Part shown: positions 8,955 to 18,650 of the stretch, in pieces
Layout of the letters: each line of letters opens with the position of its first letter
Position numbering within the stretch: position 1 is the first letter of the stretch
NCBI GenBank assembly: GCA_963723305.1
Contig: CAVRRT010000042.1
Coordinates: 2,911 to 66,910 of the forward strand
Direction of reading: 5' to 3'
DNA: 64,000 bases
Source: an uncultured Pseudomonadota bacterium
GTDB lineage: Bacteria > Myxococcota_A > Polyangia > Fen-1088
The notes under the pieces: model-generated
Told to the model about the DNA's origin: nothing
Databases searched by the model: none
Seen by the model: the letters and a program-made list of their open reading frames with translations, nothing else
Made by a program: the position numbers and the translations under genes

Positions 8955-10031
8955 TCAGTGCGGACCGCCGCCCGGGGTGGTGTGTGGATCAGGTTCGATG
9001 ACCAGCAGCCGCCCGTTAGCCGAATCCTCGACGTAAGCGTTGCCGTGCACGTCAATGACGGGATTGCGCGCGCCCTTGGCGGTCGGTATGGAGACGATCT
9101 TCTGCGGCACGCCCTTATCGTCGACGTGGGCGATGACTATGTCGCCATCCGCGCCAGAAGCGATAAATAGCAGCCGCCTGCGCGCATCATATTCAGGGTT
9201 GTCTACACCGTCGCCGGTCGTGATACGGCCGAGGAGCTTGCCACCATGTTCAAGGTCCAGGGTTTCCATGCCGTTTGTGCAGGCGACGAACAGCCACCGA
9301 TGAGCGGTATCGATAGCCAACCCACGAGGTCCCTTGGGCCCGCATCCGGTCGGCCAAGTGCTGAGGACTTTGCGAGTTCTGATGTCGATGGCAAGTGTCC
9401 GGTCCTCGTCCTCCAGGTTCGTATAGAAAAGGCCCTTCGCGTCGTCGACGGCGTACCCTTCGGGAGCTCCCTCCAACTTGATCGTCGCGAGCGCGCCGGG
9501 CGTCTTGCCGTCCACCCTCGTGATCGTGATGGTCCTGTCTATCGGGGTCGTGGCCCAGAGCTCGTGCGTGGTCTTGACGTAAGCGAGGCCGTCCGGCATC
9601 GACGGCAGCTGGACGACTCCCTTGGGAGCGAGCGTCTTGGTGTCGTAGCCGGAGAGTTGATTGTTGCCGCGGTTTCCGATCCAAACGACACCTTCACCCA
9701 CGGTGGCCGAGCTCGGACCCATACGGGGGCGACCCGGCCTGTGAGGTGGGGCGGTTGCAAAGCCACCGATCGCTGTGACCTTCCCAGTCGCGACGTCGAC
9801 GACGTCGACATTCCCGGTGTTCCCGGCCGGGACCCATACCCGATTGGTCTCGGGGTCGTAGGTCAAGAAGTCCATCCCGACCGGAGGCCCGCCGGGGAGT
9901 GAAATCGTGCCTGCGAAGAGGGTAGAGAGAACAATGATCAGCATCGTGTGGCTCCGGGTTGGAACAGGAAGTATTGGCGGTACGGGAGAAAACGGGGCGG
10001 CGGTGTTCGGCGCAAGCGACGTTCGACGCAA
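8955..10031 (-). CDS. YVTN/YncE-like beta-propeller repeat protein (periplasmic; start uncertain, alternative 9944)
   Basis: Repeated propeller-like blades (NRVWVPAGNTGNVDVVDVATGKV; LFYTNLEDEDRTLAIDIRTRKV; LFVACTNGMETLDLEHGGK; LLFIASGADGDIVIAHVDDKG; AYVEDSANGRLLVIEP). N-terminal hydrophobic segment. Confidence 0.75.
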   Translation of the reverse strand: MRRTSLAPNTAAPFSPVPPILPVPTRSHTMLIIVLSTLFAGTISLPGGPPVGMDFLTYDPETNRVWVPAGNTGNVDVVDVATGKVTAIGGFATAPPHRPGRPRMGPSSATVGEGVVWIGNRGNNQLSGYDTKTLAPKGVVQLPSMPDGLAYVKTTHELWATTPIDRTITITRVDGKTPGALATIKLEGAPEGYAVDDAKGLFYTNLEDEDRTLAIDIRTRKVLSTWPTGCGPKGPRGLAIDTAHRWLFVACTNGMETLDLEHGGKLLGRITTGDGVDNPEYDARRRLLFIASGADGDIVIAHVDDKGVPQKIVSIPTAKGARNPVIDVHGNAYVEDSANGRLLVIEPDPHTTPGGGPH

Positions 10032-10068
10032 ACGCGGCTGCGATCAGAAGCAGTCGCGTGTTGCCCAT

Positions 10069-10551
10069 CTAGGGCAGCGGCGTACGAACGTCTTCCGTCA
10101 CCGGCTGACTCCCGTCGACCGTTATGTTCCCGCTGGCGTCGATGGTGACGGCGTAATGTTGCAGAGGCGTTTGGGCCGGTCCGTGGGTGACGTTGCCGTT
10201 TCCGTCGAACGTCGATCCGTGGCAGGGACAGTTTAGTCCCGCCGCGATGGTCTGGGCGCCATCGTCGACGAGGCACTCCTGATGGGTGCAGACCGCGGAC
10301 ATCCCGTAGACACCTTGGCTGTCGAGGCCCACCGCGATGTTCGACATGACCAGCAGGGCGCCGACTGTCAGCTTAGAGACGTTTCCGGCGCTCACCGGCC
10401 CCGTCGGAGGAGACCCTTTGTCCTCACAGCCCGCCAGAGCGCACCCCACGATCGCCAACCCGACGGAGGATCCCGCGACGCGGAGGACTCTGCGGCGACT
10501 CGGAAGCGACTCTGCCTTGTCAAAGCCTGGTTGGTTAGACTTCATGCTCAC
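10069..10551 (-). CDS. Tat-exported Rieske [2Fe-2S] domain protein
   Basis: Twin-arginine motif SRRRVLRVAGSSVGLAIVGCALAGC. Rieske boxes CTHQEC and CPCHGSTF. Confidence 0.85.
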   Translation of the reverse strand: MSMKSNQPGFDKAESLPSRRRVLRVAGSSVGLAIVGCALAGCEDKGSPPTGPVSAGNVSKLTVGALLVMSNIAVGLDSQGVYGMSAVCTHQECLVDDGAQTIAAGLNCPCHGSTFDGNGNVTHGPAQTPLQHYAVTIDASGNITVDGSQPVTEDVRTPLP

Positions 10552-10612
10552 CTCGGGTTGAAGTGCGTTGGGATCGTCGACATCTCTTGGTGACCTGTCG
10601 AGGCGGGATCCT

Positions 10613-11359
10613 TCAGTCGTCGTTTTGAAGCAGGAAGCGAATCTTGAATCCCCTCACGCGGACCGGGACAGGGGTGCCATCTTTCTCACCGGGGCTGAAG
10701 CGACACTGCTTGAGGGCCGTGATCGCCGCCTCCGTGAGCCCGTGACCGAGACCGCTCACGACCTGGATGTCACGGACGCGCCCGGTCTCGCTGACGATGA
10801 GATCGAGGATCACCGTGCCCTCGATGGCCGCTTGCTTTGCCTCCTCCGTGTACTTGCCGGCACATCGTCCTTGAGGCAAGGGCATCGTGGTGACCTGATA
10901 TGCAGGGACCGGAGGCCTGACCGCCTTCGTCTGGTCTCGCTCGTCGTCGGCCGCGGCGGGCGTCCCGCCCGTATTGCCGACCCGCATCGACGGGCCGCTC
11001 CCGGCCTGCGACGTCGATTCCATCGTCACCCCGAAGACCGGGCTCGCCGGGCCGTTGCCGGCCGGAACCGGACGATCGGGCGGCGGCACGTCGGCCGGTG
11101 GCAGATCGCTGGGCGTGGGCGGCGCAGACCGCTTACGCACGATTTCGTGCGGCACCAGCTTCGGCTTCGGTGTATCGGCCGGGCGTGCAGGCTCGGGCGG
11201 AGGTTCGAGGCTGGGCGGCGGCGAAACGACCCTGATCGAGATCACGCGCTTGGACTGTCCCTCCTCATGGCGCGGCAATCGGTCGAGCGCGCGCGCCAGG
11301 GCGAAGTGGCTCGCCACCGAAAGGAGCGCGCAGACCACCAGCCTTCGATCACGGATCAT
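10613..11359 (-). CDS. tonB: TonB family energy transducer
   Basis: N-terminal anchor, Pro-rich spacer (PPPSLEPPPEPARPADTPKPK) and C-terminal TonB_C fold (GTVILDLIVSETGRVRDIQVVSGLGHGLTEAAITALKQCRFSPGEKDGTPVPVRV). ATGA overlap with exbD. Confidence 0.85.
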   Translation of the reverse strand: MIRDRRLVVCALLSVASHFALARALDRLPRHEEGQSKRVISIRVVSPPPSLEPPPEPARPADTPKPKLVPHEIVRKRSAPPTPSDLPPADVPPPDRPVPAGNGPASPVFGVTMESTSQAGSGPSMRVGNTGGTPAAADDERDQTKAVRPPVPAYQVTTMPLPQGRCAGKYTEEAKQAAIEGTVILDLIVSETGRVRDIQVVSGLGHGLTEAAITALKQCRFSPGEKDGTPVPVRVRGFKIRFLLQNDD

Positions 11360-11787
11360 GGGTGTCCGGGCGGAGGCGGAATCAGCGACGTTGGATCGAT
11401 CTGGATCGCGAAGGAGGCGACGCCAAGCGACTTCACGACGTCGAGGACCCAGACCACCCGGCCGTGAGAGACGCTCTTGTCTGCTGCGATGATGGCCTGG
11501 GTCTTGGGATCTTTGGCGACGGCAGCCTGCACCGCCGCTCTGAGCTCGAGCGCCGTTGCCGCCTTGCCGTTGAGGTAGAGCGCTCCCTCGCGGGTGAGGG
11601 TCACCGCCAGAACGGTCGGGTTGAGGGTCGAGCTCTCGCTGGCGCGCGGCAGCTCGACCTCGATCGCCTGCTTGGCGATCAGGTTGGCGGTCAACATGAA
11701 GATGATCAGGAGGACCAACATGATGTCGACCAGCGGCGTGACGTTGATCTCCGAGATGATGCCTCGCTTGCCCGCCGAGGATGCCAT
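11356..11787 (-). CDS. exbD: ExbD/TolR biopolymer transport protein
   Basis: EINVTPLVDIMLVLLIIFM signature. Its start shares one nt with the exbB stop (TGATG). Confidence 0.9.
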   Translation of the reverse strand: MASSAGKRGIISEINVTPLVDIMLVLLIIFMLTANLIAKQAIEVELPRASESSTLNPTVLAVTLTREGALYLNGKAATALELRAAVQAAVAKDPKTQAIIAADKSVSHGRVVWVLDVVKSLGVASFAIQIDPTSLIPPPPGHP

Positions 11788-12452
11788 CACGCCTCCTTCG
11801 TCGTTTCGGCGGCCGGCGCGGGCGAGGTCTTGAGAAAGGCCAGGATCTCGTGAGCGAGGACCTCGGTCGCCGAGACGGAGCGTTCCACATGACGCGTGAA
11901 CGCGTTGTAGGTGGCCACCGCCGGAAGCGCGACGAGCAGTCCCACTCCGGTCGCCACCAGTGCCTCGGCGATGCCGGCCATCACCGCCTGGGTCCCCTGC
12001 AGCGAGCTCCCCGCCAGATCGTGAAACGCGCGGATGATCCCCAGCACCGTCCCGAAGAGCCCGACGAAGGGGGCGTTGTTCCCGAGCGTGCCCAGGAAGG
12101 CCAGGCGACGTTCGTAGCGAACGCGCTCCTCTTCGATCGCGCCCGCCTTGCGCTCCTCGACGGCCGCGACGCCGTCCGCGGCGTGCCCGAGGCAGGCGCG
12201 CGCGACCGCCGCCTGCATCGACGGGGCGCGCGACAGCTTCGCGAGCGCGGCTTCGACGCCGCTCTTGCGCAGGGCAGCGAGCGCACCGGCGAGCGCCCCG
12301 GTGGGACGTTCCTGAAAAAAGAACCACAATCGATCGAGCATGACGGCGACGGCAGCCAGGCTGAGGCCGATCAAGAGGTAGAGGATCCAGCCCGAGCCGG
12401 CGCGCAGCATGAGATCCAGCAGTCGAGAATCGATGGTTGTTCCACTGTTCAT
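11787..12452 (-). CDS. exbB: MotA/TolQ/ExbB proton channel protein
   Basis: LGTLGNNAPFVGLFGTVLGIIRAF and AGIAEALVATGVGLLVALPAV motifs. Three TM segments. Confidence 0.9.
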   Translation of the reverse strand: MNSGTTIDSRLLDLMLRAGSGWILYLLIGLSLAAVAVMLDRLWFFFQERPTGALAGALAALRKSGVEAALAKLSRAPSMQAAVARACLGHAADGVAAVEERKAGAIEEERVRYERRLAFLGTLGNNAPFVGLFGTVLGIIRAFHDLAGSSLQGTQAVMAGIAEALVATGVGLLVALPAVATYNAFTRHVERSVSATEVLAHEILAFLKTSPAPAAETTKEA

Positions 12453-12466
12453 GATGTCTCCTGTTT

Positions 12467-15152
12467 TCAAAGTCTCCCGCGCAACCCGACGGTTGGCAGG
12501 ACGTAGCGAATGACGGTGCCGGGTTCGACCTCCTCGGGAAGGAGGGCCACGTTGGTGATGTCCACGTAGAAATCGAGCAGCCAGCGTCTCCAGACCGCGC
12601 GCTTGTCGACCCTGAGATCGATGCGCCAGTAGCTGTCCGTTCGCCCGGCGTTGTAGCCGGCGGTGGTCGTGGTCGGACGGCCGCTCTCGAACTGAGTGCG
12701 GAAACTCACATCCCAGTTGCGCGGGAGCGGAAGCCCGGCGACGAGGTTGAGGAGCTGGGTGCGATCGAAGTCGTAGGGAACCCACTGCGATCCCTGCAGC
12801 CGCTCCGAACGCGACAGCGTGTAGGAGATCCAACCGAACACGCCGGTGCGCGATTGCCGCCGGAGAAGAAACTCGAGGCCGTAGGCGCGCCCGATTTCCG
12901 GCTGGGTAAGGCGGTTGACGAGCTGCTGTTCCTCCGAGATCGGAACCACCACGTTCGTCGGCACCAGCGACGTGTTGGGGCTGGTGACGACCGAGGTGCT
13001 GTTGACCTCCAGGTCGAAGATCGTCGGGTCCATGTAATTGAAGTAGCCCTCGACCGAAAGCTGGAATCGCTCCTGCAGCGGGATCTCGGCGCCGAGGCTG
13101 GTCTGGTAGGCCTGAGAGAGGCCGTACTTGAGCGGCAGGAGGTCGAGTCCCGGCAGAGGCAGAACGAAGCGCGGGGGCTGGTGGTAAATGCCCGCGCTGG
13201 CCTTGAGCCAGACCGCGCTGTCGTCGCTGCCGGGGACCACGTCGGGCAGGTCCCGGTCGAACAGCCGGTAGCGCACCGTCAGACGTGGGTCGAAAGCTGG
13301 CTTGGTCGTCGTGTCGTCGGCGTAGACGTCGGTGCGCACACCCGGCCGGATGAAGAGCCGCGGCGTCGGCCGCCAGAGCGCCTCGAGGTAGGCCGAGCCG
13401 ACGTAAAACTTGTCCAGCGTCGACGTGATGGCGGAGAACGGGTTCGTCCCCGACACCGCGGCGGCGCCCTGCTGGATGTCGTGAAACGAACCCAGCAGGC
13501 CGGCCGCCAGCGTGAGTTTCTCGTTCTGGATCCAGCGCAGAACCAGCGAGGGCTCGGCGATCCAGACCGAGAAGTCGGTCCCCATGCTGAGTGTGTCGTC
13601 GTATCCGAGGACGAGGCGGTAGGTCTCCTCGAGCCGCCCCTGGGTCTGGTGGTCACGCAGAATCGAGGCGGTCGAAGCCGAGGATGAGCGCCGGGGTGAG
13701 CGGAGGGTTCGCGCTGCCCGGGAGTGCGGTGGTGGCGGCCGTGTCGAGCTCGTCTCGGGCGCCGAACAGGAAGACCGTCCACCCGTTGCGCGCGTTGCCG
13801 CCGTCGATCCGCAGCTGGTAGTCCCAATAGGAGAGCGAGAGCTGGTTCGTCGCCAGCCCGAGCAGGAAGCCGGGGTACCCGTAGCGACCGGCGGCCGTCA
13901 CCGTGACACCGAGCTGCGGGATCGGCTCGCGAACGAAGCCGCCGGCCTGGAGCAGGTTGACGTCGAAATCGAGCAGGTGCTCGTCGGGGCGGGCACGCGC
14001 GGTCCGGCCGTCGATGATCCCGCCGGTATACTGGCCGTACGGGGCCGGCGCGCCGCCTGGATAGAACTGGAGCTCGTCGATGAACTCGGGGTGGATGACG
14101 CTCGGGCCCGACAGCAGGTGGTAGAGGAGCGGGATGGTCGTGCCGTCGAGGAGAAAGCCGGTCGAGCTCGGGCTCGCCCCGCGCACGATGGGGAAGGGCA
14201 GCAACGAAACCACCGAGGCGACGCCCGGTAACGTCTGGATGACCCGAAACGGATCCCCGAACGTGCCCGGCACCTGTTGCAGCTCGGCGCCGCGCAGCGT
14301 GATGCGCGAGACCTCCTCGCGGCGCTGCTCGCCGACCACGACGATCTCGTACGGATCGTAGCGATCCCGCTCGACGAAGTAGGTCACCGCAACCTCTTGC
14401 GACGCCCCCAGCGTCTCCTGCTGTAGGAAGGGGTTGTGATTGGCGGCGTAGACCGACACCCGCGCCGCGCCGGGCGGCAAAGGGAGGCGAAACCGGCCAC
14501 GTTGATCGGCGTCGACCGAATAGTGGCGGTCGCCGACGAGGGCGGTCACCGTCGCGCCGGTGACCGGGGCGCGGGTCCCGAGCTCGACCAGCCTGCCGCG
14601 CAGGAGCGCGGTGCGCGCCGGCCCGGTGTCGGCCAGGTGCGCCGGCGGCGGTGGCGGAGGCGGCAGGAAGGTGTGGGTGAACGTGATCTCGACCGGGACG
14701 GGTGTGCCGGCGTAGCGCGCTGGCGCGAACCGGAAGGTGCGCGCGGCCGAGACGACCGCCTGGTCGAAGATCGGTTGGGGCGGCGTACGGATCTCCACGC
14801 TTTGCACCGCGCCGCTCGTGTCGACGAGTAACTTCACGGTGACGACGACCGGGCTCGCCTGGGCCGGCGCGCCGGCTGGATAGGGGACCGTGGTCTCCCG
14901 CAGCGCCCGCGGCGCTTCGAAAGTCGGAGCCGCGTCGGCCGGCGGGCCGCCGTCGTGGGTCTCGCCAGCGGAACCTCCTGCGTCGTCGCCGCGGGCCCCG
15001 GCGTCGGCCGCGGCGGGCGCGTCGGGAGCTCCGCCATCGCTCGGCGACGGGCCGACCGTCAGGAGCGGCGCGATGACCAGCAGGACGGGAAGCCCGGGGA
15101 TCAACGCCACGTGATCCCCCAGACGGCGGTTGCCCCCACATGGGGCCACCAT
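12467..15152 (-). pseudogene. TonB-dependent receptor with N-terminal TonB_C-like and CarboxypepD_reg-like domains, interrupted by a 1-nt frameshift (or sequencing error) near 13661-13662
   Basis: The N-part ORF (13653-15152/15112) has TonB_C-like VVVTVKLLVDTSGAVQSVEI...FAPARYAGTPVPVEITF, a CarboxypepD_reg-like RGRLVELGTRAPVTGATV segment and plug motifs (VPGTFGDPFRVIQTLPGVA). The barrel continues in another frame (12467-13585 and upstream). Deleting one A of the AA at 13661-13662 gives ...GFDRLDLRDHQTQGRLEETYRLVLGYDD... Confidence 0.8.
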
Positions 15153-15940
15153 TGGCGGCGGACGATCGCCTGTCCGGTGTCGGGTTCGACTTGACCGGTG
15201 TCGTCGACGCAACCGGTCCACTGGCCGGTCGCTTCGAGCCCGAAGCTGGTTGCGGAGCGCGGTCCGAGGACGAGTGACCACTCGGCGCGGGCCAGGCCGG
15301 CCACGCCCGAGCCGCTGCAACTCGGCAGCGGCGGGCTCGCGCTCGGAAAGGTGTACGACGTATTGAGCGTGCTCGGGAGCGGCGCCACGTCGGGCCGGTC
15401 GGTGCTTCCTTCGACGATGCCCGCGAAGCCCAGGCCGATCGCCAGCGACAGATGATTCGTCGCGTGCCAGGTCGGATCGAGCGTGCCGGCGTAGCGCAGA
15501 CCGGAGAGACCGCCGGGCGACGAGACCCTGGCGTATTGCAGGGACGCCATTACCGACCAGCTCGGATCGAGCCGAACGCCGAGGCGGATGAGAAAGCCCA
15601 GGAGGCGACCGCTCGGCGCCCCTTCCAACCCCTCGAACTGGCCGTACGAGATCCCGAGGCCGAGCCGGAAACCGACCCTCCGCCAGGCGTCGCGATCGGC
15701 CTCGGTTGGAAGAGAGAGCTTCGGCGTTCCGTCCTCGTCTTGAAACGTCGCGGCCGAGGCGGCGCTGGACGGTGGACCGCTCGCCTGCGGGAGAATTTGC
15801 CCGGGTGGGGTCGCGGCCGTCGGTGGCGCTGCGTGAACCAACGCTCCGGCCAGGAGCACGGCGACGAGGGTTGCCCCGAAAAGAAACAGGGCTGCAGCAG
15901 ACGGCTTCGATCGGCGGCGTTCTAGTTGGAGCACGGCCAC
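15101..15940 (-). CDS. secreted hypothetical protein, possible small outer-membrane beta-barrel (start uncertain: GTG 15940/15934 or 16003)
   Basis: Signal-like RRRSKPSAAALFLFGATLVAVLLAGALVHA. Alternating-pattern segments (GFRLGLGISYG, LIRLGVRLD, MASLQYARV, LSLAIGLGFAG) and an aromatic-rich C-terminus (AVWGITWR). Confidence 0.55.
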   Translation of the reverse strand: MAVLQLERRRSKPSAAALFLFGATLVAVLLAGALVHAAPPTAATPPGQILPQASGPPSSAASAATFQDEDGTPKLSLPTEADRDAWRRVGFRLGLGISYGQFEGLEGAPSGRLLGFLIRLGVRLDPSWSVMASLQYARVSSPGGLSGLRYAGTLDPTWHATNHLSLAIGLGFAGIVEGSTDRPDVAPLPSTLNTSYTFPSASPPLPSCSGSGVAGLARAEWSLVLGPRSATSFGLEATGQWTGCVDDTGQVEPDTGQAIVRRQWWPHVGATAVWGITWR

Positions 15941-17040
15941 CAGGAGGGGGGCATTGCGGTGAAGTCCCAATCGGGGACCGAACAGGAAGCGTCCTCCCGG
16001 CATCCGCTCAACGTGTAATGGGTGAGGCCTTCACAGCGGTCGGAGGAGGTCCCCGACACGACCAGTTGGGTCACGTTGGTTTGGGTGCCGGTGGCGAACG
16101 ACGGCAGGGGAGCGCAGGCCCACACCCGGTCGGTCAGATCCAGCGCGTTGGCCGGCGGCTCCCGGTAGCTGATGCTTCCGTCGTCGGTTCGCTCCGAGCA
16201 GCCGACTTCGTTCACGATCGCCGGGCTCTGGGCGACGACGGTGATGAGCGTGTCGCCCGGCTCTCCCACTGACGCGGCGCTGTCCGCGCCCGGAGAACAC
16301 TGGGACGGATCTTCGGCGGGCAAGGTCCCGAGCGTCGCCGAAGCGAGGCCAGCCGCCGCGGAGAAACCGCCCGCGCCGAGCACGGAGAAGGAGATCCTCG
16401 GATCCGGGCAGCCGCTCCGCGGATAAAAGGCGCTCGCTTCATCGAATGTTCCTTCGAGGTAGGCAACCCGCTGATCGGGCGCCGTCATGGTCAGGAAGCT
16501 CGCACCGTAGATGATGTCGGTGGAGTCAGGGCTGTCGTCCTCGGGCGGGCCGTCGTCGTTTCCGGTCGGCGCCCGGTGGGGCATCGAGAGATCGAGCGTG
16601 CCGCTGCCGTCGCGATCGTCGTAGAAGACCAAGCTGGCGTAGGCGACGCGCGAGGTGGCGTCGCCTACCAACAGGTCGGCGGAGGGAAGATCGAAGAGCG
16701 ACAACGTCGTTGGTGTCCCCACGGCAGCCGGCACGCTCGCGGCGACGCGCGCCGGGACGAAGCCAAACGGGTCGCGGCAGCCAGCGGCAATCACAGCCGC
16801 AGCGTCGGCGGAGGCCGGGGGCAAGATGCAGAACGGCTCAGTCAGCCATTGTGCGCCCCAGACGAGCGCGATCTGCAGCGAGTGATCGGCATCGTCACCA
16901 GACGGACGCAACGGGCCGAGGTCGCCCGTCGCTACGACGTTGAACGTCACGAGCGGGGTAGGGGGACCACCGAGCCCCTGCAGGTTGCCGCAGCCGCCGA
17001 TTGCCATACCGGCGAGGCAGAGGACTACGACGCGGGTCAT
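15922..17040 (-). CDS. hypothetical lipoprotein
   Basis: MTRVVVLCLAGMAIGGC lipobox. ATGA start/stop overlap with the upstream gene at 17037-17040. No recognisable domain. Confidence 0.65.
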   Translation of the reverse strand: MTRVVVLCLAGMAIGGCGNLQGLGGPPTPLVTFNVVATGDLGPLRPSGDDADHSLQIALVWGAQWLTEPFCILPPASADAAAVIAAGCRDPFGFVPARVAASVPAAVGTPTTLSLFDLPSADLLVGDATSRVAYASLVFYDDRDGSGTLDLSMPHRAPTGNDDGPPEDDSPDSTDIIYGASFLTMTAPDQRVAYLEGTFDEASAFYPRSGCPDPRISFSVLGAGGFSAAAGLASATLGTLPAEDPSQCSPGADSAASVGEPGDTLITVVAQSPAIVNEVGCSERTDDGSISYREPPANALDLTDRVWACAPLPSFATGTQTNVTQLVVSGTSSDRCEGLTHYTLSGCREDASCSVPDWDFTAMPPSWWPCSN

Positions 17041-17633
17041 GGTTGCCACGCGACTCCGATCTGCGTCGTCCACTCGGGGCGGGCGCTTCCATCGAGGATC
17101 ACCAACGCGGGACCTCCGCCCATGGCGAGAAGCCACGGCCCCGCGATGTGGAGCGCCACCGTGGCGACGAGGTCGCCGGCCGGCAAGATCGAATAGTCGG
17201 ACGTCTCGAGATCCGAGCCAGTGAGCCCCGCGCGCGTCCCCTGATTGCGATCCCGGGTCTCGTGGACGATGGTGGGCCCGAGTCGGAGCGCCAGGCCGAC
17301 GCGTCCGCGTCCCAGGGCGTGCTGAAGCGCTCCGCCGATGCGCAGCCGCAGATCCGACTGGGTCACGGTCCACGGTATCGACGACTCCGTGGCGGTCGAC
17401 CACGAGGCCCGGGCTTCCCAGGCGAACAGGCGGCCGCGCGCGACACCCGCCTCGATCCCACTCGACAGACCGGTCCCGAGCGCGGTGGGGAGGCCGAAGA
17501 AGAGCCCGCCATCAACCGTCAGGGGGCCCGATGATGGAACGAGAAGGCCGCTCGCAACGAGCGATGGTTCGTCGGCGCGCGCTGCGGCTGAGGCAAGTCC
17601 GACCAGCAGGAGCGCGGTCACGAACTGACGCAT
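17037..17633 (-). CDS. small outer-membrane beta-barrel-like protein
   Basis: Signal peptide MRQFVTALLLVGLASAAARA/DE. Alternating hydrophobic strands and C-terminal QIGVAWQP. Confidence 0.65.
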   Translation of the reverse strand: MRQFVTALLLVGLASAAARADEPSLVASGLLVPSSGPLTVDGGLFFGLPTALGTGLSSGIEAGVARGRLFAWEARASWSTATESSIPWTVTQSDLRLRIGGALQHALGRGRVGLALRLGPTIVHETRDRNQGTRAGLTGSDLETSDYSILPAGDLVATVALHIAGPWLLAMGGGPALVILDGSARPEWTTQIGVAWQP

Positions 17634-17663
17634 CGTGCAACTCAGTTGCCGGTCCCGCGCCGA

Positions 17664-17698
17664 CCCTTCGCCGAAGGGCGCCGATTTATGGCGAAGGG
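17664..17698. promoter_or_regulatory. palindromic operator-like element in the divergent intergenic region
   Basis: CCCTTCG-C-CGAAGGG (17664-17678) plus a third arm GGCGAAGGG (17690-17698). It lies between divergent starts 17633 (-) and 17736/17688 (+). Confidence 0.3.
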
Positions 17699-17735
17699 TG
17701 GGCGCGGCTCGGGCAACCTAGTCGACGAGTACTTC

Positions 17736-18650
17736 GTGCGATGCCGGACACTGATACGAGCCGCGTGCGGGCTGGTGCCTCTGTGGAGCGCCGCTGTCTG
17801 GGCATGTCCGCCGACGGTGCGGCTCAACGGCGATCCTGACCTGACCCACGCGATCGGGGCCTCGCTGATCGAGCGCGGGATTTCGACCGACGGCACGAGC
17901 TGTCCGGCCATGGAGATCGGGGTGGCGCGGCGGGCGGGCGCGATCATCGTGTCGAACGGGACTGCAAACGGGCCGGCAGAGCGCGAGGTCTCCGACGTTC
18001 GGACAGCGGCCACGGTGATCGAGTCGTGGGTGCGCACGGACGTCGAGGAGCCGTTGCTCTCTTCCCGCCGGATGGCCGAAGAGAGCGGGAACGACGCGCC
18101 GCCGACGATCGTGGCGGTCCATCCGCCGGCGCCGCCGTCGTCACCGGCGCCGGCGTTGGGCCTTCGCGCGTTCACCATCGCCGAGACGTCATTCGGCAGC
18201 GATCAGACGACCTGGCTGGGCGCTCAGATCGGCGCCTGCATCATGATGGGTTCCTTCTGCGGCGGCGCGCGGGTTCGATTCGCGACGGTCGTCGACGGCC
18301 CCGGTCTGTGGCAAGGTGAGTGGGATCGGCACGCCGTCGAGGTTCTGCTGGGATTGGATTGGCCATTGAGCGTCCGCTCGCTGACGCTCGCTCCCGGCGC
18401 TGCCATCGGGGCGGGCTGGACGCACACGCATGAGGAAGGGACGAGCGGGGGAGCCCAAACTGCCGGCGCTCGTGCGGAGGCGCACCTCACCCTGTCGTAT
18501 CCCGTCAGCCCGAAGTTGGCGGTCGAGTCGACGCTGACGCTCGACTTCATGCAGGCGCTGGATGTGGACGCGTCGTCGGTGGTGCCGCTACCGGGCGACC
18601 CTCACCTGCTCGGCCGTATCGGGGTCGGCGTGCGGTTGGGAGGCCTGTGA
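17736..18650 (+). CDS. secreted hypothetical protein, beta-barrel-like C-terminal half (start uncertain: GTG 17736, ATG 17688 or TTG 17646)
   Basis: Signal-like RCRTLIRAACGLVPLWSAAVWA/C. C-terminal alternating strands (AEAHLTLSYPVSPKLAVESTLTLDF...LLGRIGVGVRLGGL). Its stop overlaps the sigma-factor GTG start. Confidence 0.6.
   Translation: MRCRTLIRAACGLVPLWSAAVWACPPTVRLNGDPDLTHAIGASLIERGISTDGTSCPAMEIGVARRAGAIIVSNGTANGPAEREVSDVRTAATVIESWVRTDVEEPLLSSRRMAEESGNDAPPTIVAVHPPAPPSSPAPALGLRAFTIAETSFGSDQTTWLGAQIGACIMMGSFCGGARVRFATVVDGPGLWQGEWDRHAVEVLLGLDWPLSVRSLTLAPGAAIGAGWTHTHEEGTSGGAQTAGARAEAHLTLSYPVSPKLAVESTLTLDFMQALDVDASSVVPLPGDPHLLGRIGVGVRLGGL

Noticed and set aside
10568-12327. Plus-strand ORFs 10568-11467, 10974-11492 and 11362-11853, and the long N-terminal extensions of the minus-strand TonB/ExbD/ExbB ORFs
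   Set aside because: These are antisense or upstream read-through in high-GC DNA. The internal ATGs at 11359, 11787 and 12452 give proteins of canonical length with overlapping stop/start codons.
13279-15141. 620-aa minus-strand ORF overlapping the receptor gene in another frame
   Set aside because: Its Arg/Pro/Gly-dominated sequence has no motifs. The alternative frame carries TonB_C, CarboxypepD_reg and plug signatures.
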